This document shows, piece after piece, positions 8,425 to 19,161 of a stretch of DNA of 64,000 nt. Under the pieces are notes generated by a model. The model saw only the letters and a program-made list of their open reading frames with translations. It ran no database searches and had not been told where the DNA came from. The stretch comes from an uncultured virus (IMG/VR IMGVR_UViG_3300037483_000643) (Duplodnaviria > Heunggongvirae > Uroviricota > Caudoviricetes): IMG/VR virus record IMGVR_UViG_3300037483_000643. One strand, 5' to 3'. The stretch's first letter is position 1, and each line of letters opens with the position of its first letter. The position numbers were made by a program, and so were the translations under genes.

Positions 8425-10515
8425 ATGGCATACCTCACGCACGTAAAGTCACCGTTCAAGGCTGGTGTTGACACAGGGCTTGGATACCGCACGCTGATTC
8501 TTGGACCGAACAAGTCAAACAAGTCGGCGATCACACAGTCTGTCGAGTTTCTGTTGACGGGCAAGGCTTCCAACATCGTTGGTCGGCAGACGGTCGCTGA
8601 CGTCAACACGCTTCTGACGCTCGGCACTGGCGATGTCGAGGCGCTGTGGGCGCACGGCAGTCTGTCGGATGGCGAGGAGATCGAGCTGCGCGCCCGTGGG
8701 AAGAAGGTGCCGCCGGCACCTTACCCGGCAGCGTTGCCGCTGCGCGAGGTGAAAGCGGCCCTTGCTGGCGCTGTTGAGACAGTGCGCAAGTTTTTCTTGC
8801 AAATGGCGTCGGGCACCACGACCAAGGCCGACATCGAAGCGCGCATCCCGGGCCCCTTCCGCGACCTCTTTGACATGGTAGTAGCCACGACGCACGTCTC
8901 GACTCCTGCCGCCGATCTGCTCCTTCACGCGTTGGAGAAGGCGAAAGAGAGAGCGCGGAATCTGTCGAGTGAAGCCAAGGCGGCGGCAGTCGTGACGTCT
9001 GAGGTGTCGGGAGGGCTGCAAGCTGTCTCGGAATCGGACCTCACGACAGCGCGCACTGCTCTTGTCGCGCATCGTAATCAAGTCGGCGATGCGCGTTCGC
9101 GCCTTGAAGGCGCTGAACGGATCGCAGAAGTGCAAGAGCGTGCCGCCGCTGCCGTGCAGCGTGTCGAAGAACTGTCCGCCGAGCTGGCCAAGATCGTGCC
9201 GCCGGCTGACGCGGATAGAGTGCGTGAACACGCGCTAGAGCTTGTCCGCTTCGCACAGCGTGCAAACTTGACCGTCTGTCCATGCTGCCGCACGGCAGGC
9301 GCTTCGGAGCAAACGCAGCGCTTCGACACCGCCTTCTGGAAGGTGCGCGAAAATGCCTTCGCCGCCAAGGCCAAGGCTCGATCATCCGAGCTGATGCAGT
9401 ACAACAGGATCGCCGCCGAGTTGGCCCTTGCGCAGCGTGCACAACTCGACGCTGAGTATGCACTGTCGGCGCTAGCTTCTGGCAGCAGTGACGAAGCGAT
9501 GCGACATGACATGGCTGCGCGCGCTGACGCCGATCAGTGGGTGAACGAGCTGAGAACGCAGCTCGAAGCTGCCCAGACTGCCGCGCACGAGGCCGAAGAA
9601 CGTGTCATTTCGTTGGAGCGCGCTTCCGAAGCGTGGGCGCTGGCCAGGAGAGCCCGCGACGCTGCCGCCACCAAGGAGATCGAGGCGCAGAAGTGGTCGG
9701 CGCTCGCCGATGCGTGCAAGGATGCAGTTGGTGAAGTGCTAGATGCTAGCACCAAAAGTTTCGTTGACAGAGTACAGAAGTTCTTGCCTGCCGACTGCCG
9801 TTTCCACCTAGAGCTGCACGACGGCGATCGTGAGGTCTGCCGATACGGCTTCCTCCGAACGTCGACCGTTAATGTTGGTGGTATCGGTGAACCTGTTGAC
9901 ATCCCTGCGGGCACTGAACGACTCGACACCGCCTTGTCCGGTGCCGAGTGGGCAACACTCGGTAGTGCGTTGTCTGCCGCCTACCTCGAAGCACTGGCGG
10001 TGTCAGGGCCGGCAGTGATCATCCCTGACGACTGCGCGTGGGACGCACAAACACTCTCCAGTACACTCGCCGCGCTATCGGACGCTCCGTGTCAGGTGAT
10101 CTTGGCCACGACACCGCCAGCCGGCTGGCATGATGGCCTAGTGCCAGCTGGCTGGACGGTGATCGTCACAGGGCCGCTGCCGCCGCAAGGAGAGATGCTT
10201 CGAGGCGCGACCTATCAGGATGTGAAAATCACTACACTTGGGTTGATCGTTGAGGCGCCAACCGCTTCAGTTGAGGTGGAAGAGCAACACGAACAGATGT
10301 CACTTGTCGTTGATGAAGTGGTCAGCTCACGGCGTGGCCGCCCGAAGCTGCCCCGCTGCGCGACGTGCGGCGGTGTGGTGCGCGACGGCAAGTGCAAGAA
10401 CGGACACGACACGCACAAGCACGGCACGGTGATCGAGATGTCACCAACTGTTGATATCGTGAGAGAGGATGCACCTGGTGAGCGCACGCCAGAAGAGACA
10501 CCGGAGTTGGAGTAA
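8425..10515 (+). CDS. Rad50/SbcC/SMC-like ABC ATPase with coiled coil and Zn hook
   Basis: Walker A-like GPNKSNKS, long Ala/Glu coiled coil, central CPCC, signature LSGAE, Walker B-like VIIPDD. Confidence 0.7.
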   Translation: MAYLTHVKSPFKAGVDTGLGYRTLILGPNKSNKSAITQSVEFLLTGKASNIVGRQTVADVNTLLTLGTGDVEALWAHGSLSDGEEIELRARGKKVPPAPYPAALPLREVKAALAGAVETVRKFFLQMASGTTTKADIEARIPGPFRDLFDMVVATTHVSTPAADLLLHALEKAKERARNLSSEAKAAAVVTSEVSGGLQAVSESDLTTARTALVAHRNQVGDARSRLEGAERIAEVQERAAAAVQRVEELSAELAKIVPPADADRVREHALELVRFAQRANLTVCPCCRTAGASEQTQRFDTAFWKVRENAFAAKAKARSSELMQYNRIAAELALAQRAQLDAEYALSALASGSSDEAMRHDMAARADADQWVNELRTQLEAAQTAAHEAEERVISLERASEAWALARRARDAAATKEIEAQKWSALADACKDAVGEVLDASTKSFVDRVQKFLPADCRFHLELHDGDREVCRYGFLRTSTVNVGGIGEPVDIPAGTERLDTALSGAEWATLGSALSAAYLEALAVSGPAVIIPDDCAWDAQTLSSTLAALSDAPCQVILATTPPAGWHDGLVPAGWTVIVTGPLPPQGEMLRGATYQDVKITTLGLIVEAPTASVEVEEQHEQMSLVVDEVVSSRRGRPKLPRCATCGGVVRDGKCKNGHDTHKHGTVIEMSPTVDIVREDAPGERTPEETPELE

Positions 10516-10763
10516 TGGCGACGTTTCTGCGTGTGATGGTTGAGAACTTGGCGATCAACCTGCGCAAGTACCGCAGACAGATGGAGCTTACACAGGCAGA
10601 GTTGGCGGCCCGTGCTGCTATGCACGTTGATGATGTACGTAAGATGGAACGCGGCCAGTTTTCACCAACGTTGTTGTGGGTGGAATCGTTAGCGCTTGCG
10701 CTGAACCTCGGTGATGCGCCTTGGGTGTTGCTTCTGCCAGCTGTCAAGCGCCGAAAGCAGTGA
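10515..10763 (+). CDS. XRE-family HTH transcriptional regulator
   Basis: LRKYRRQMELTQAELAARA...MERGQFSPTL. Confidence 0.85.
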   Translation: MATFLRVMVENLAINLRKYRRQMELTQAELAARAAMHVDDVRKMERGQFSPTLLWVESLALALNLGDAPWVLLLPAVKRRKQ

Positions 10764-11219
10764 TCTGCGTCATGTAGATGTGGGACACGGGGCAGTTGCA
10801 TACCGTGTCCCACATACGCTGCATGCGCAAGTTGCAGCTTGCTTGCTTGATCTGGTAGACTGCTCTTGGTTGTGGTTGTGTCGTTGTGGTTGCAGCGAAA
10901 AACGCAACGCCGGAAGGGAAAATCACATGGCCGAATCGCTATATGCAGCACATATCAACTTCTACGGGGAAGTTGTGGTCGAGTCATCCGAAGTGCGCAG
11001 CGTCGGCTCGAAGATAATCACGATCGCCAAGAGCGGGCCCGCGTTCAACTACTCGACTCGAATCCCGCGCATACACGCGTATTTCACGCGCCAGGATGCA
11101 CTATCGGCGCTGTTGATGCAGTGCGCTGGTGAGGTGCTGGATCTTGCTGCTAAGCTGGACCTTGCGAAGCGGCGGCAGTCCCTCGTGCGCGAAGCGCTCG
11201 ACGTGGGGGGCCGCTAGCC

Positions 11220-14102
11220 ATGGCTGAATCTCCAGTCTGCCCTGCCTGCAACAAGCCGATGAAGAAGCGCAGCGGTTCGCGTGGTCCGTTCTGGGGCTGC
11301 ACGGGGTATCCGAGCTGCAGGCGCACCCTACCGATCACCGCCGCCGCTGGCGCTCCGACCTCTTCTGATGACACCGCTCCTGCCGACACCACTTCGACCG
11401 AGACGCGCGAGTCGTGGAAGGCTCCCGAGCCCCCCAGCTACAGCGAAGCGGCCAGCGCGTACGCCGCTGCACTCGCGCGCCTCGACAGCGATCAGCGAAG
11501 CGTGGTCGAGTGGGACCCGTCCGCCGGCAACTTGCGCGTGATCGCCGCTGCAGGGTCGGGCAAGACGACCACGGTGTGCGCGCTCATCTCCAGGCTCGTG
11601 CGCGAGCAGATCAGGACCCCTGCGCAGATCATCGCCACGACGTTCACCTCCAAGGCCGGTAAGGAACTGGCGGAACGTTTAAACAAGACGCTGCCGCCTG
11701 GCGCGCTCCCTCAGATGCGCGTCGGCACGTTCCATGGCCTGGCGCTCCGTGCGCTTCGCGGCCAGGGCAGCTGGGACATGCCCCACTGCCTCGACATCGG
11801 CCGCCGTGCGGCAGGCATCCCCTCCGCTGGCCAGCTGTGGTCCAAGGCCCTCGGGTACGCGGGAGAGGGCGGGATGCCCGGCACGGGCGCCGAAGGTCTC
11901 GGGCTGGAAGAGCCTGACGTCAAGGCGTATCAACTCGCCGTCGATGTCGTCAGGTCGCGTGGCGTAGTCGGGGCCGAGCTGGTAGACGCGCTGCAGGAAG
12001 TCGAGCGCGAGTCGGGCCTCCCCTACCTCGTCAAGGCGTGGTCGATGGTGTGCGACTCGAAGCGTGCGCTAGGTGCGTGGGACTTCGCCGACGCGCTGCA
12101 GGCGTGGCACGACCACCTTACGCGGTGCGAGGCCACTCCTGATGTGGTCGTGTTCGTGGATGAGGCGCAAGACAACAGCAAGCTGCAGCTCGACATCGCT
12201 CGTCTGCTGACGCGCGCCGGCAACCTCGTGTTGATCGGCGACACCCGGCAGGCGATCTACTCCTGGCGTGGCGCGTTCCCCGAGTTCTTCACCACCGCTC
12301 AGGACCACATCGCGAACCTGTCAACGCTGCAGCTGCGCAACAACTATCGTTCAGGCACCGCGATCGTCGTGGTCGGCAACCACTGCGCGGAAGGGCAGGA
12401 TTGGTGCGTGGGGGACGCGGCGGTGGCCGCCAGGGCGGAAGCTGGCAAGGTCGATATCCAGGGCTACAGCGATCCAGCTGACGAGTCTCGTGCAGTGGCC
12501 GAGTCGATTTCTCGCCTCGCTCACGACTCTGACACCCCGCTCGACTCCGTGGCGATCCTGTGCCGCACCAACGCCCTCTCTGGCGCTTTCGAGGCCGCAT
12601 GCATCGCCGCTTCCATCCCGTGCGTCGTGGTTGGCGGCAAGCCATTTTTCCAGCGCTTTGAAGTGATGAACGCGATGTCGTATGTGAAGCTGAGCGTCGC
12701 TGACGACCTGGACGCGTTCGCGCGCATCGTGAACAAGCCGAGGCGGTATCTCGGCGCCAAGTTCGTTCAGGCCGTCAAGGCCCGCCTCCACACGGCCGGC
12801 GATCTTCTCGCCGCTGTCGACAGCTGCATTACGTCTCTGTACCCGAAACAGCGCGACGCGGCGCAAGAGTTCTACGTGTGGCTGTCGGCACTGCGCGCTT
12901 CAAAGTGGCCTGACGCGCTGGAGATGATCGTGCGGCTGCTCTCCCCCGCCGCTTCTAGTGACAGCGGCGAGGCGGACAACGACCGCAGCGGGATCGTGGC
13001 TGCCGTCGCGTCGATCGGCAAGTATTTCCCAAGCGCCGAGGCGTTCTGCGACTTCGCCGAGCGGTGCGCGGGTGAAGTAGTCGAGGCGCGCGCCGAAGAT
13101 GGCGGCTTCGTGCTTCCCGCTGGCCGCGTCACGATCAGCACGATCCACCGTGCCAAGGGTCTGGAGTGGGCGCACGTGTACGTTTCTTGTTCGGCTGGCG
13201 TGTTCCCCCACGCCAAGAGCACGTCGCCCGCGCGGATCGCCGAGGAACGCCGCCTGTTTTACGTGGCCGCCACGCGCGCCAAGGATGAGCTGCACCTCAC
13301 GCATTCTGCTGTCGACCTGTACGGCCGCACCGCCGGCCCCTCGCCGTTCCTCGCGTACGTGAGCGGGCCAGACGGCACGCCCCCGACCGATCCTGATGGC
13401 GGGGGCGTGAAGGTCACTGCAGTGGTGCATGCGCCAGCCGAGCTGCCCCAAGGCACGCACGAAGCCAAGATCACGCACGTGGAAGTGACGCCAGCTGGCA
13501 ACCTTGTCCAGCATCTCGACCTCTCCAGCGCCCCGACGCCTGCCGAGCTGTCGCCTGTAGAGGCGCTCTTTGGACGCGAAGCGTGGGCCGCTGCTCGGAA
13601 AGCTGCCGAGGTCGCCACTGCCGCCACGCCGGCACCGACCGAGGGCCGGTATGTGCCTGTCGAAATGGCCCAGTTCACTGAACTGCTGTCACTGTTGCAG
13701 TTCAACGAAGTGGGCAAGTGTGATCAGATTGTGTTTGAGTGGGCCACCCAACGCGAGCATGGTGATCTATTCCTGCGCGTCTACACGTCTGTACCACTAC
13801 TGGCAACAGAGGCACGAGCGGCAGGTGAAGACAGCATCAAAGTCGCTGCGGTGTGGTTCGCTGGCGACAAGGAGAAGCCCCTACACAAGAAGCTGCCGTA
13901 TGCGTGCCGCACGCGTGGCTGGCGCGTGGCGCTACTCGACAGGATCGAAGAAGTTGCCGGCAAGATCGCAGTACAGTGCCCCCGCTGCAGCTCGCCGATG
14001 AGCGAACGGCGATCGATGAAGTCGGGACAGACGATTGCTGCACAAGTCTTTATGGGCTGTGTCCGCTATCCGACCTGCAACGGCACGCGCGAGGTGAAGT
14101 AA
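11220..14102 (+). CDS. uvrD: UvrD/PcrA-like SF1 helicase with N- and C-terminal topoisomerase-type C4 Zn ribbons
   Basis: AAAGSGKT, VDEAQD, GDTRQAIYSWRGA, NYRS, STIHRAKGLEW, EERRLFYVAATRAK; CPAC...FWGCTGYPSC and CPRC...FMGCVRYPTC. Confidence 0.9.
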   Translation: MAESPVCPACNKPMKKRSGSRGPFWGCTGYPSCRRTLPITAAAGAPTSSDDTAPADTTSTETRESWKAPEPPSYSEAASAYAAALARLDSDQRSVVEWDPSAGNLRVIAAAGSGKTTTVCALISRLVREQIRTPAQIIATTFTSKAGKELAERLNKTLPPGALPQMRVGTFHGLALRALRGQGSWDMPHCLDIGRRAAGIPSAGQLWSKALGYAGEGGMPGTGAEGLGLEEPDVKAYQLAVDVVRSRGVVGAELVDALQEVERESGLPYLVKAWSMVCDSKRALGAWDFADALQAWHDHLTRCEATPDVVVFVDEAQDNSKLQLDIARLLTRAGNLVLIGDTRQAIYSWRGAFPEFFTTAQDHIANLSTLQLRNNYRSGTAIVVVGNHCAEGQDWCVGDAAVAARAEAGKVDIQGYSDPADESRAVAESISRLAHDSDTPLDSVAILCRTNALSGAFEAACIAASIPCVVVGGKPFFQRFEVMNAMSYVKLSVADDLDAFARIVNKPRRYLGAKFVQAVKARLHTAGDLLAAVDSCITSLYPKQRDAAQEFYVWLSALRASKWPDALEMIVRLLSPAASSDSGEADNDRSGIVAAVASIGKYFPSAEAFCDFAERCAGEVVEARAEDGGFVLPAGRVTISTIHRAKGLEWAHVYVSCSAGVFPHAKSTSPARIAEERRLFYVAATRAKDELHLTHSAVDLYGRTAGPSPFLAYVSGPDGTPPTDPDGGGVKVTAVVHAPAELPQGTHEAKITHVEVTPAGNLVQHLDLSSAPTPAELSPVEALFGREAWAAARKAAEVATAATPAPTEGRYVPVEMAQFTELLSLLQFNEVGKCDQIVFEWATQREHGDLFLRVYTSVPLLATEARAAGEDSIKVAAVWFAGDKEKPLHKKLPYACRTRGWRVALLDRIEEVAGKIAVQCPRCSSPMSERRSMKSGQTIAAQVFMGCVRYPTCNGTREVK

Positions 14103-14103
14103 C

Positions 14104-14985
14104 ATGGCGTGCGAGTTCTTCGTAGCTAAGCGGTTTCGCACAGCTGGACGGGAACTTATCGATCAGTGCAACACGATCATTGCGGATTACCTTGAACAAG
14201 GTCTGCGCCTGACGCTGCGGCAGCTCTACTACCAGTGTGTTGTGCGCAACCTCTTCCCGAACGAAGAGAAGAGCTACAGAAACCTCGGATCGTTGCTCAA
14301 TGACGCGCGACTTGCGGGACTAGTGGACTGGGCTGCGATCGAGGATCGCGTGCGGCAACCGCGCAAGGCGTCGGAGTGGTCGAGCATCGCCAGTCTAGTT
14401 GAGGCGGCACTGTACGCCTATCGCTTGCCGCGATGGAGCGATCAACCTGTGTACGCTGAGCTGTGGGTCGAGAAGGACGCACTAGCTGGCGTGTTGGAGC
14501 CGATCGCACACGAGTTTCACGTCACCCTCATGGTAAATCGCGGTTACTCGTCTGCATCGGCGATGTACGAAGCGTCCAAGCGCTTCATCCGGGCTGATCG
14601 ACCGTCGCATCTGTTCTACCTGGGGGACCACGATCCGAGCGGTGAAGACATGGTGCGGGATGTGCGGGATCGTCTAGAGCGCTTCGGCGTCCAAGATCTG
14701 ACCGTGCAGAAGATCGCGATTACCATGGCACAGGTTGGGAAGTACAACCCACCACCTAACCCTGCGAAGATGAGCGACTCACGCGCACGTGCTTACGTCG
14801 AAAAGTACGGTCAAGTTTCGTGGGAGGTTGACGCACTGCCGCCCGACGTCCTAGCACAAATCGTCCGTGATGCGTTGGAAGACGTGGTTGATCGTGATGC
14901 GATGAAGCGCGTGGAAGAACAAGAGGCGCGTGACAAGACGCGCCTACGCAAGGCTGTAGAAGAGTTGATGCAAGAAGACGAGTAA
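14104..14985 (+). CDS. Topoisomerase VI subunit A/Spo11-like (WHD + TOPRIM) protein
   Basis: LTLRQLYY (candidate catalytic Tyr), ELWVEKDAL, YLGDHDPSG. Confidence 0.75.
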   Translation: MACEFFVAKRFRTAGRELIDQCNTIIADYLEQGLRLTLRQLYYQCVVRNLFPNEEKSYRNLGSLLNDARLAGLVDWAAIEDRVRQPRKASEWSSIASLVEAALYAYRLPRWSDQPVYAELWVEKDALAGVLEPIAHEFHVTLMVNRGYSSASAMYEASKRFIRADRPSHLFYLGDHDPSGEDMVRDVRDRLERFGVQDLTVQKIAITMAQVGKYNPPPNPAKMSDSRARAYVEKYGQVSWEVDALPPDVLAQIVRDALEDVVDRDAMKRVEEQEARDKTRLRKAVEELMQEDE

Positions 14986-15031
14986 CGCCAGTGTTGTAGT
15001 GAACACTTGCTCTAGGGAAGGAGCAACAACC

Positions 15032-15571
15032 ATGAAGCGCACCGTCCTGATCGCCGCTCTTGCTGTCCTCACCGCTTGTGGTGGCACCGCATCGTCCGAC
15101 GTGGCGTCGCCTGACGTGCAGCCTGTTCCGACTAACACCACCACCACCACGACGCCGACGCCTGATGTGCCTATCGTGCAGCCGATCGACGCCATCCCCA
15201 CGTGCGCGCCAAGCGGTACGTGGGATGTGGTCGACTCCAGGGCCAGCTACAGCGGCGATGCCTGCGCCGACACGACCGTTGGGTACACGCCAGTCGTCAC
15301 CATCTCGTGCCCTACCGCACCAAGTGGCGCCGTCACGTGCACCTGGACTGAGAATGGTGAAGGATCATCGAGTGGATCGGCGACTGGGACGCTCGACGTG
15401 ACGTCGTGCACCTTCACCATGATCACCAACGCCACCGCCGATGGCCTCAACATGCAGTGGACTCGCCGACTGGTGTTCGACGTCTCTACGGCGACAGGAA
15501 CGGTGATCGAGGTCGATTCCAGCACGGCGACGTGCAGCGCCAACTACAACACGATCGCCTCGAAGAGGTAG
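15032..15571 (+). CDS. lipoprotein, Thr/Cys-rich
   Basis: MKR + hydrophobic stretch + lipobox LTAC; RBS AAGGAG. Confidence 0.75.
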   Translation: MKRTVLIAALAVLTACGGTASSDVASPDVQPVPTNTTTTTTPTPDVPIVQPIDAIPTCAPSGTWDVVDSRASYSGDACADTTVGYTPVVTISCPTAPSGAVTCTWTENGEGSSSGSATGTLDVTSCTFTMITNATADGLNMQWTRRLVFDVSTATGTVIEVDSSTATCSANYNTIASKR

Positions 15572-16319
15572 ACCAATGGACCCAAACGCCGCCTTGGAAC
15601 GCTTGCGCACGCTAGCCATCGAAGCACTTAAGGAAGACGATGCACTTGATCCGCACCTTGCCGTCCTTGCGATCCGTGCAATAGAAATGGCCGAGAAGTT
15701 TCAAGCGCTCGACGAGTGGATCACGAAGGGTGGCTTTCCGCCCGATGATTGGGTCTCAGAATGACGCGCTAGAAGAAGGTGAAGCATGAAAAGACCAAAG
15801 TGGTTCAAAACTTGGTTATATGCGTACTGCTACCGCACTCGACTACCTTGGTGGAAAGAGCTTCTTGTGAAGCTGTACCTCTTCGCTCAAAACGGAACAT
15901 CCAAAGTCTAGGTGAGGAGCTGCTACCATGAGGATCATCGAAACGGACAATTTCGATCGTGACTACCCCAACGAAGAGGATATCGCGATCAGGATCAAAT
16001 CGCTTCGGCATGCGGATATCATGTGCAAAGCGCTGAACGCTGCTACAGGAGAATACGCTGTCCGGTTCTATCGTGTCGTTACTGACGATTACGTGCTGCG
16101 CCCTGGAGACGTGCCGTGACGCGCTTGGAGATCTGCAAGGCACTCGGCGCCGCCAACTGCACACTCGTCGGCGCCGAGTGGGTGACGGACCAACGCGTCG
16201 AAGACGCCTACTACAAGTGGCTGCAGGGGGGCGCGTCGCGTGATATGCTCGTGATCATCGAATACGACACTGGCAGCGGCAAGGAAGTTGTACGAATCGA
16301 ACCGGAGGAAGTGCCCGAG

Positions 16320-17162
16320 CTAGTGTAACGCTGCCAGTGCTGCGCGAAGGTATGTCGACTCCGCGCGCCTGCGCATAATCTCGTAGCCACACGCGGCGAT
16401 GCGTTCGCGCTGACTGTCATCCGCCAACAGCTCTTGACACTTCGCCACGATGCCATTGTACGGCGCGAACGCCACACCACTTGCGAAGTCAAGGACAGTA
16501 GGCGTCTCGGAAACGACGCACTTGTGATTCGCTAACAGGTACGAGACGCGAACAACCTCGAAGAGCTGCGTTGAGTAGTAGTGGACGTTTAGTACGATCT
16601 TCGCGCGTGAAATCAGCTTGTCGCGCTCTTCACCGTATGCGCTGAAACGCCACGTGATGTTGATCCCAGCCGTTTTGAGCGCTGTAAGCAAATCTCGGCG
16701 ACGTTCGTTCGTACTGCCGTAGAAAAGAACGTCGATGTCTTGTGCGCTGCTCGGAATGCGATCTAGCTGCGGCACGTAACCAACCGGAACGAGTTGTGCA
16801 GCGATTCCCAGTTCGCGTAGCGCTGTAACATTCTCAAAACTGTAGTCCCACACAACACGTGCAGCGCGGAGACGATCAAAGTAACTCGGAATAACAAACG
16901 GCGATTCGCGCGTGCCGATCTGTTCCGTATTGTAAATGATAGCGGCAGGCGATAGTGGGATGAACGGTGGCAGAAGATGCGCACCAAGAATGATCGGACG
17001 CGCGCCAGGGATCGGTGTCGGTACGGGGGACGCTTCAACAAACGCAGTGCATCCCAGCTCGCGCAGACCATGAAACAATGTCTCTGCCAATTCGCGTAAC
17101 GCCGCCGCGTGTGCGTAACGCGGCGGCGCTATGACGGTGATCGCGTATGTGGCAGTCGACAC
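16320..17162 (-). CDS. GT-B-like glycosyltransferase
   Basis: DIDVLFYGS..ERR, KIVLNVH, FEVVRVSYLLAN..CVVSE. Confidence 0.65.
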   Translation of the reverse strand: MSTATYAITVIAPPRYAHAAALRELAETLFHGLRELGCTAFVEASPVPTPIPGARPIILGAHLLPPFIPLSPAAIIYNTEQIGTRESPFVIPSYFDRLRAARVVWDYSFENVTALRELGIAAQLVPVGYVPQLDRIPSSAQDIDVLFYGSTNERRRDLLTALKTAGINITWRFSAYGEERDKLISRAKIVLNVHYYSTQLFEVVRVSYLLANHKCVVSETPTVLDFASGVAFAPYNGIVAKCQELLADDSQRERIAACGYEIMRRRAESTYLRAALAALH

Positions 17163-17410
17163 TACCGGATGATCGAGTGATTGTACGCGGCGAACACGTC
17201 AACCGTGCCGGTGCTGCCACACTCTAGGCGCACGTTTGTAGCATCGACAGGCGTAGAGCTGAAGAAGACAAGTGCGTTGAGGTTGGTCGCCGCAGGCACC
17301 GTGCCGCGATAGACGTACCAATACTCGTCAGGCGTGAACGCAAGGCCGTGAGCGATGGCGGTGCCGGCGATCGGAATGGCAATGTTGGTGGTCTTGAACC
17401 TGTAAGTCAT
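17162..17410 (-). CDS. small beta-rich, possibly virion protein
   Basis: AHGLAFTP motif as in fibre/decoration modules; RBS AGGAG; coupled to the GT gene. Confidence 0.45.
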   Translation of the reverse strand: MTYRFKTTNIAIPIAGTAIAHGLAFTPDEYWYVYRGTVPAATNLNALVFFSSTPVDATNVRLECGSTGTVDVFAAYNHSIIR

Positions 17411-17525
17411 TGGGGTTTTCTCCTGGGTTGGTACTTCGAGTCTCAGCAGTCTACACGGGCGCCTTTTCACTTGACAGGCCGCACAGAATGGCAATCATAC
17501 CACTTGCGACCTCAGAGGTATTCCT

Positions 17526-17693
17526 GTGAAAAAGCCCGAGAAAGATGCCCAGTTCCATGTACGCCTCTCTGACGACGCGGCGGCAGAGGTTCGCCGCCGA
17601 GCTGCCGAGGTAGGCGCCACCCCGAGCAGTTACCTGCGCGCATTGATTGGACGCGCACTTGTGCATGAGCGAAAGGAGAAGGTGATCGCATGA
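17526..17693 (+). CDS. ribbon-helix-helix regulator (55 aa, not in ORF track)
   Basis: Translated by hand: MKKPEKDAQFHVRLSDDAAAEVRRRAAEVGATPSSYLRALIGRAL...; RBS GAGGT; ATGA overlap with next ORF; TTGACA at 17471. Confidence 0.65.
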   Translation: MKKPEKDAQFHVRLSDDAAAEVRRRAAEVGATPSSYLRALIGRALVHERKEKVIA

Positions 17694-17964
17694 GTCTGGA
17701 TAGTGATGGACGCGAAGTGGTGTTGCGGATCTACAAGTTTCGCATTCCCGAGAAGAAACCGCGTGTGATTGACACGTATCCGAATGGTGGTGTGGTGGAG
17801 GCGTCGGGGATGTATGCAGGCGCGTTGGCTTCTTCGGTCGGGGAAGCGCGTGATCTGCTTACGCGCATTGCCGCAGAAGAGGGCCTAGACGCGCGTTGGC
17901 TACATGTGGCTGACGTAATCCAGCTCGACGTTGATACCCCCAAGCGTTTGTTTTGGGTGGAGAT

Positions 17965-19161
17965 ATGAGTGATCCAGTCGTAGCGATCATCATGCCTGTC
18001 CGTGAGTGGGTGCACACCAACACGAACCGTTCGATCTTGCGACTGCGTATTCCGCGACCTGTCCATTACCTCGATAAGACTGATGCGCCTGTCGAGGCCG
18101 CGCGCAATCTGCTGACTGCCGCCGCCTTGCGCATCCCCGACCTGACGTACCTTCTGTTCATTGATGATGACATGATCTTCAATGAAGATGCTTTCGAGCG
18201 TCTAGCAGCGCACGACCTGCCGATCGTAGGTGGTTTGTGCCACAACCGCCGGCCTCCGTACATGCCGATCCTAATGCGGGAGTACAACAAAGGCTACGCG
18301 TTCGTGTATGACTATGAACGTGAGGTAGACTCCAACGGCTTGATCGAAGTTGATGCCACTGGCGCGGCGTTCTTGCTCGTGAAGCGTGAAGTCTTCGAGA
18401 AGATCGCAACGACTGGCGAAGAGCCGTTTGCGATCCGTGGGCCTGGTGAAGATGTTTCGTTTTGTCGTCGCGCGAAGGAGCTGGGGTATCCTATCCACGT
18501 GGATACTACGGTCGAGATCGGTCACGTAGGTGAGGTCACCGTAACTTCCGACTTCGCGCGGCGTAACCGAGATTTCGTAATCTTCCCGTGGATCGATGTT
18601 GTGAAGCGCCCACCTGCGCGTGAGTCCGACATCGAGCTGCCTCCCGCACGGCTGCGCGGTGACGAGATCACACTAGAAGCGCGCCGCGCACGTGCGCGAT
18701 ACGTATTCGCGGGCAAGGAGATCGCAAAGCGAGTTCGTGTCGGTGAGGTCTTGGACTTCGGTTGCGGTACTGGCTACGGCTGCCCCATCATCACCCGTGA
18801 GACGAGCATGCGGGGCTCTAACATTATCGTTGGCGGTTACGATCCTGATCCTCTCGCAATCGCGTTTGGGCGCGAGACGTTTTGGCCCCGGCTGACGACA
18901 GAAGCCGCGGAAGCACTAGGTAGTGGCATCTCTGCAATCACGTGTTTCAATGTGTTGCAGCACGTGCCTGACGTTGTGAACGATACAACGCTCAAACAGT
19001 TGATCGAACTATCTCCGGTTGTGATTGGCTCTCTTCCTTGGAGTGCGGAGTATGAGATTGATCCACCCGGATCGGTAACTGTTAACCTCTATGGACAGGC
19101 CGCAGACGGCACTATCGTAGATGACTCCGCACAAGACCTGATCTTTGTGATCACGCGCTGA
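17965..19161 (+). CDS. GT2 glycosyltransferase fused to a class I SAM-methyltransferase domain
   Basis: LFIDDDM, ATGAAFLLVKREVF, GEDVSFC; C-terminal VLDFGCGTGYG. Confidence 0.75.
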   Translation: MSDPVVAIIMPVREWVHTNTNRSILRLRIPRPVHYLDKTDAPVEAARNLLTAAALRIPDLTYLLFIDDDMIFNEDAFERLAAHDLPIVGGLCHNRRPPYMPILMREYNKGYAFVYDYEREVDSNGLIEVDATGAAFLLVKREVFEKIATTGEEPFAIRGPGEDVSFCRRAKELGYPIHVDTTVEIGHVGEVTVTSDFARRNRDFVIFPWIDVVKRPPARESDIELPPARLRGDEITLEARRARARYVFAGKEIAKRVRVGEVLDFGCGTGYGCPIITRETSMRGSNIIVGGYDPDPLAIAFGRETFWPRLTTEAAEALGSGISAITCFNVLQHVPDVVNDTTLKQLIELSPVVIGSLPWSAEYEIDPPGSVTVNLYGQAADGTIVDDSAQDLIFVITR

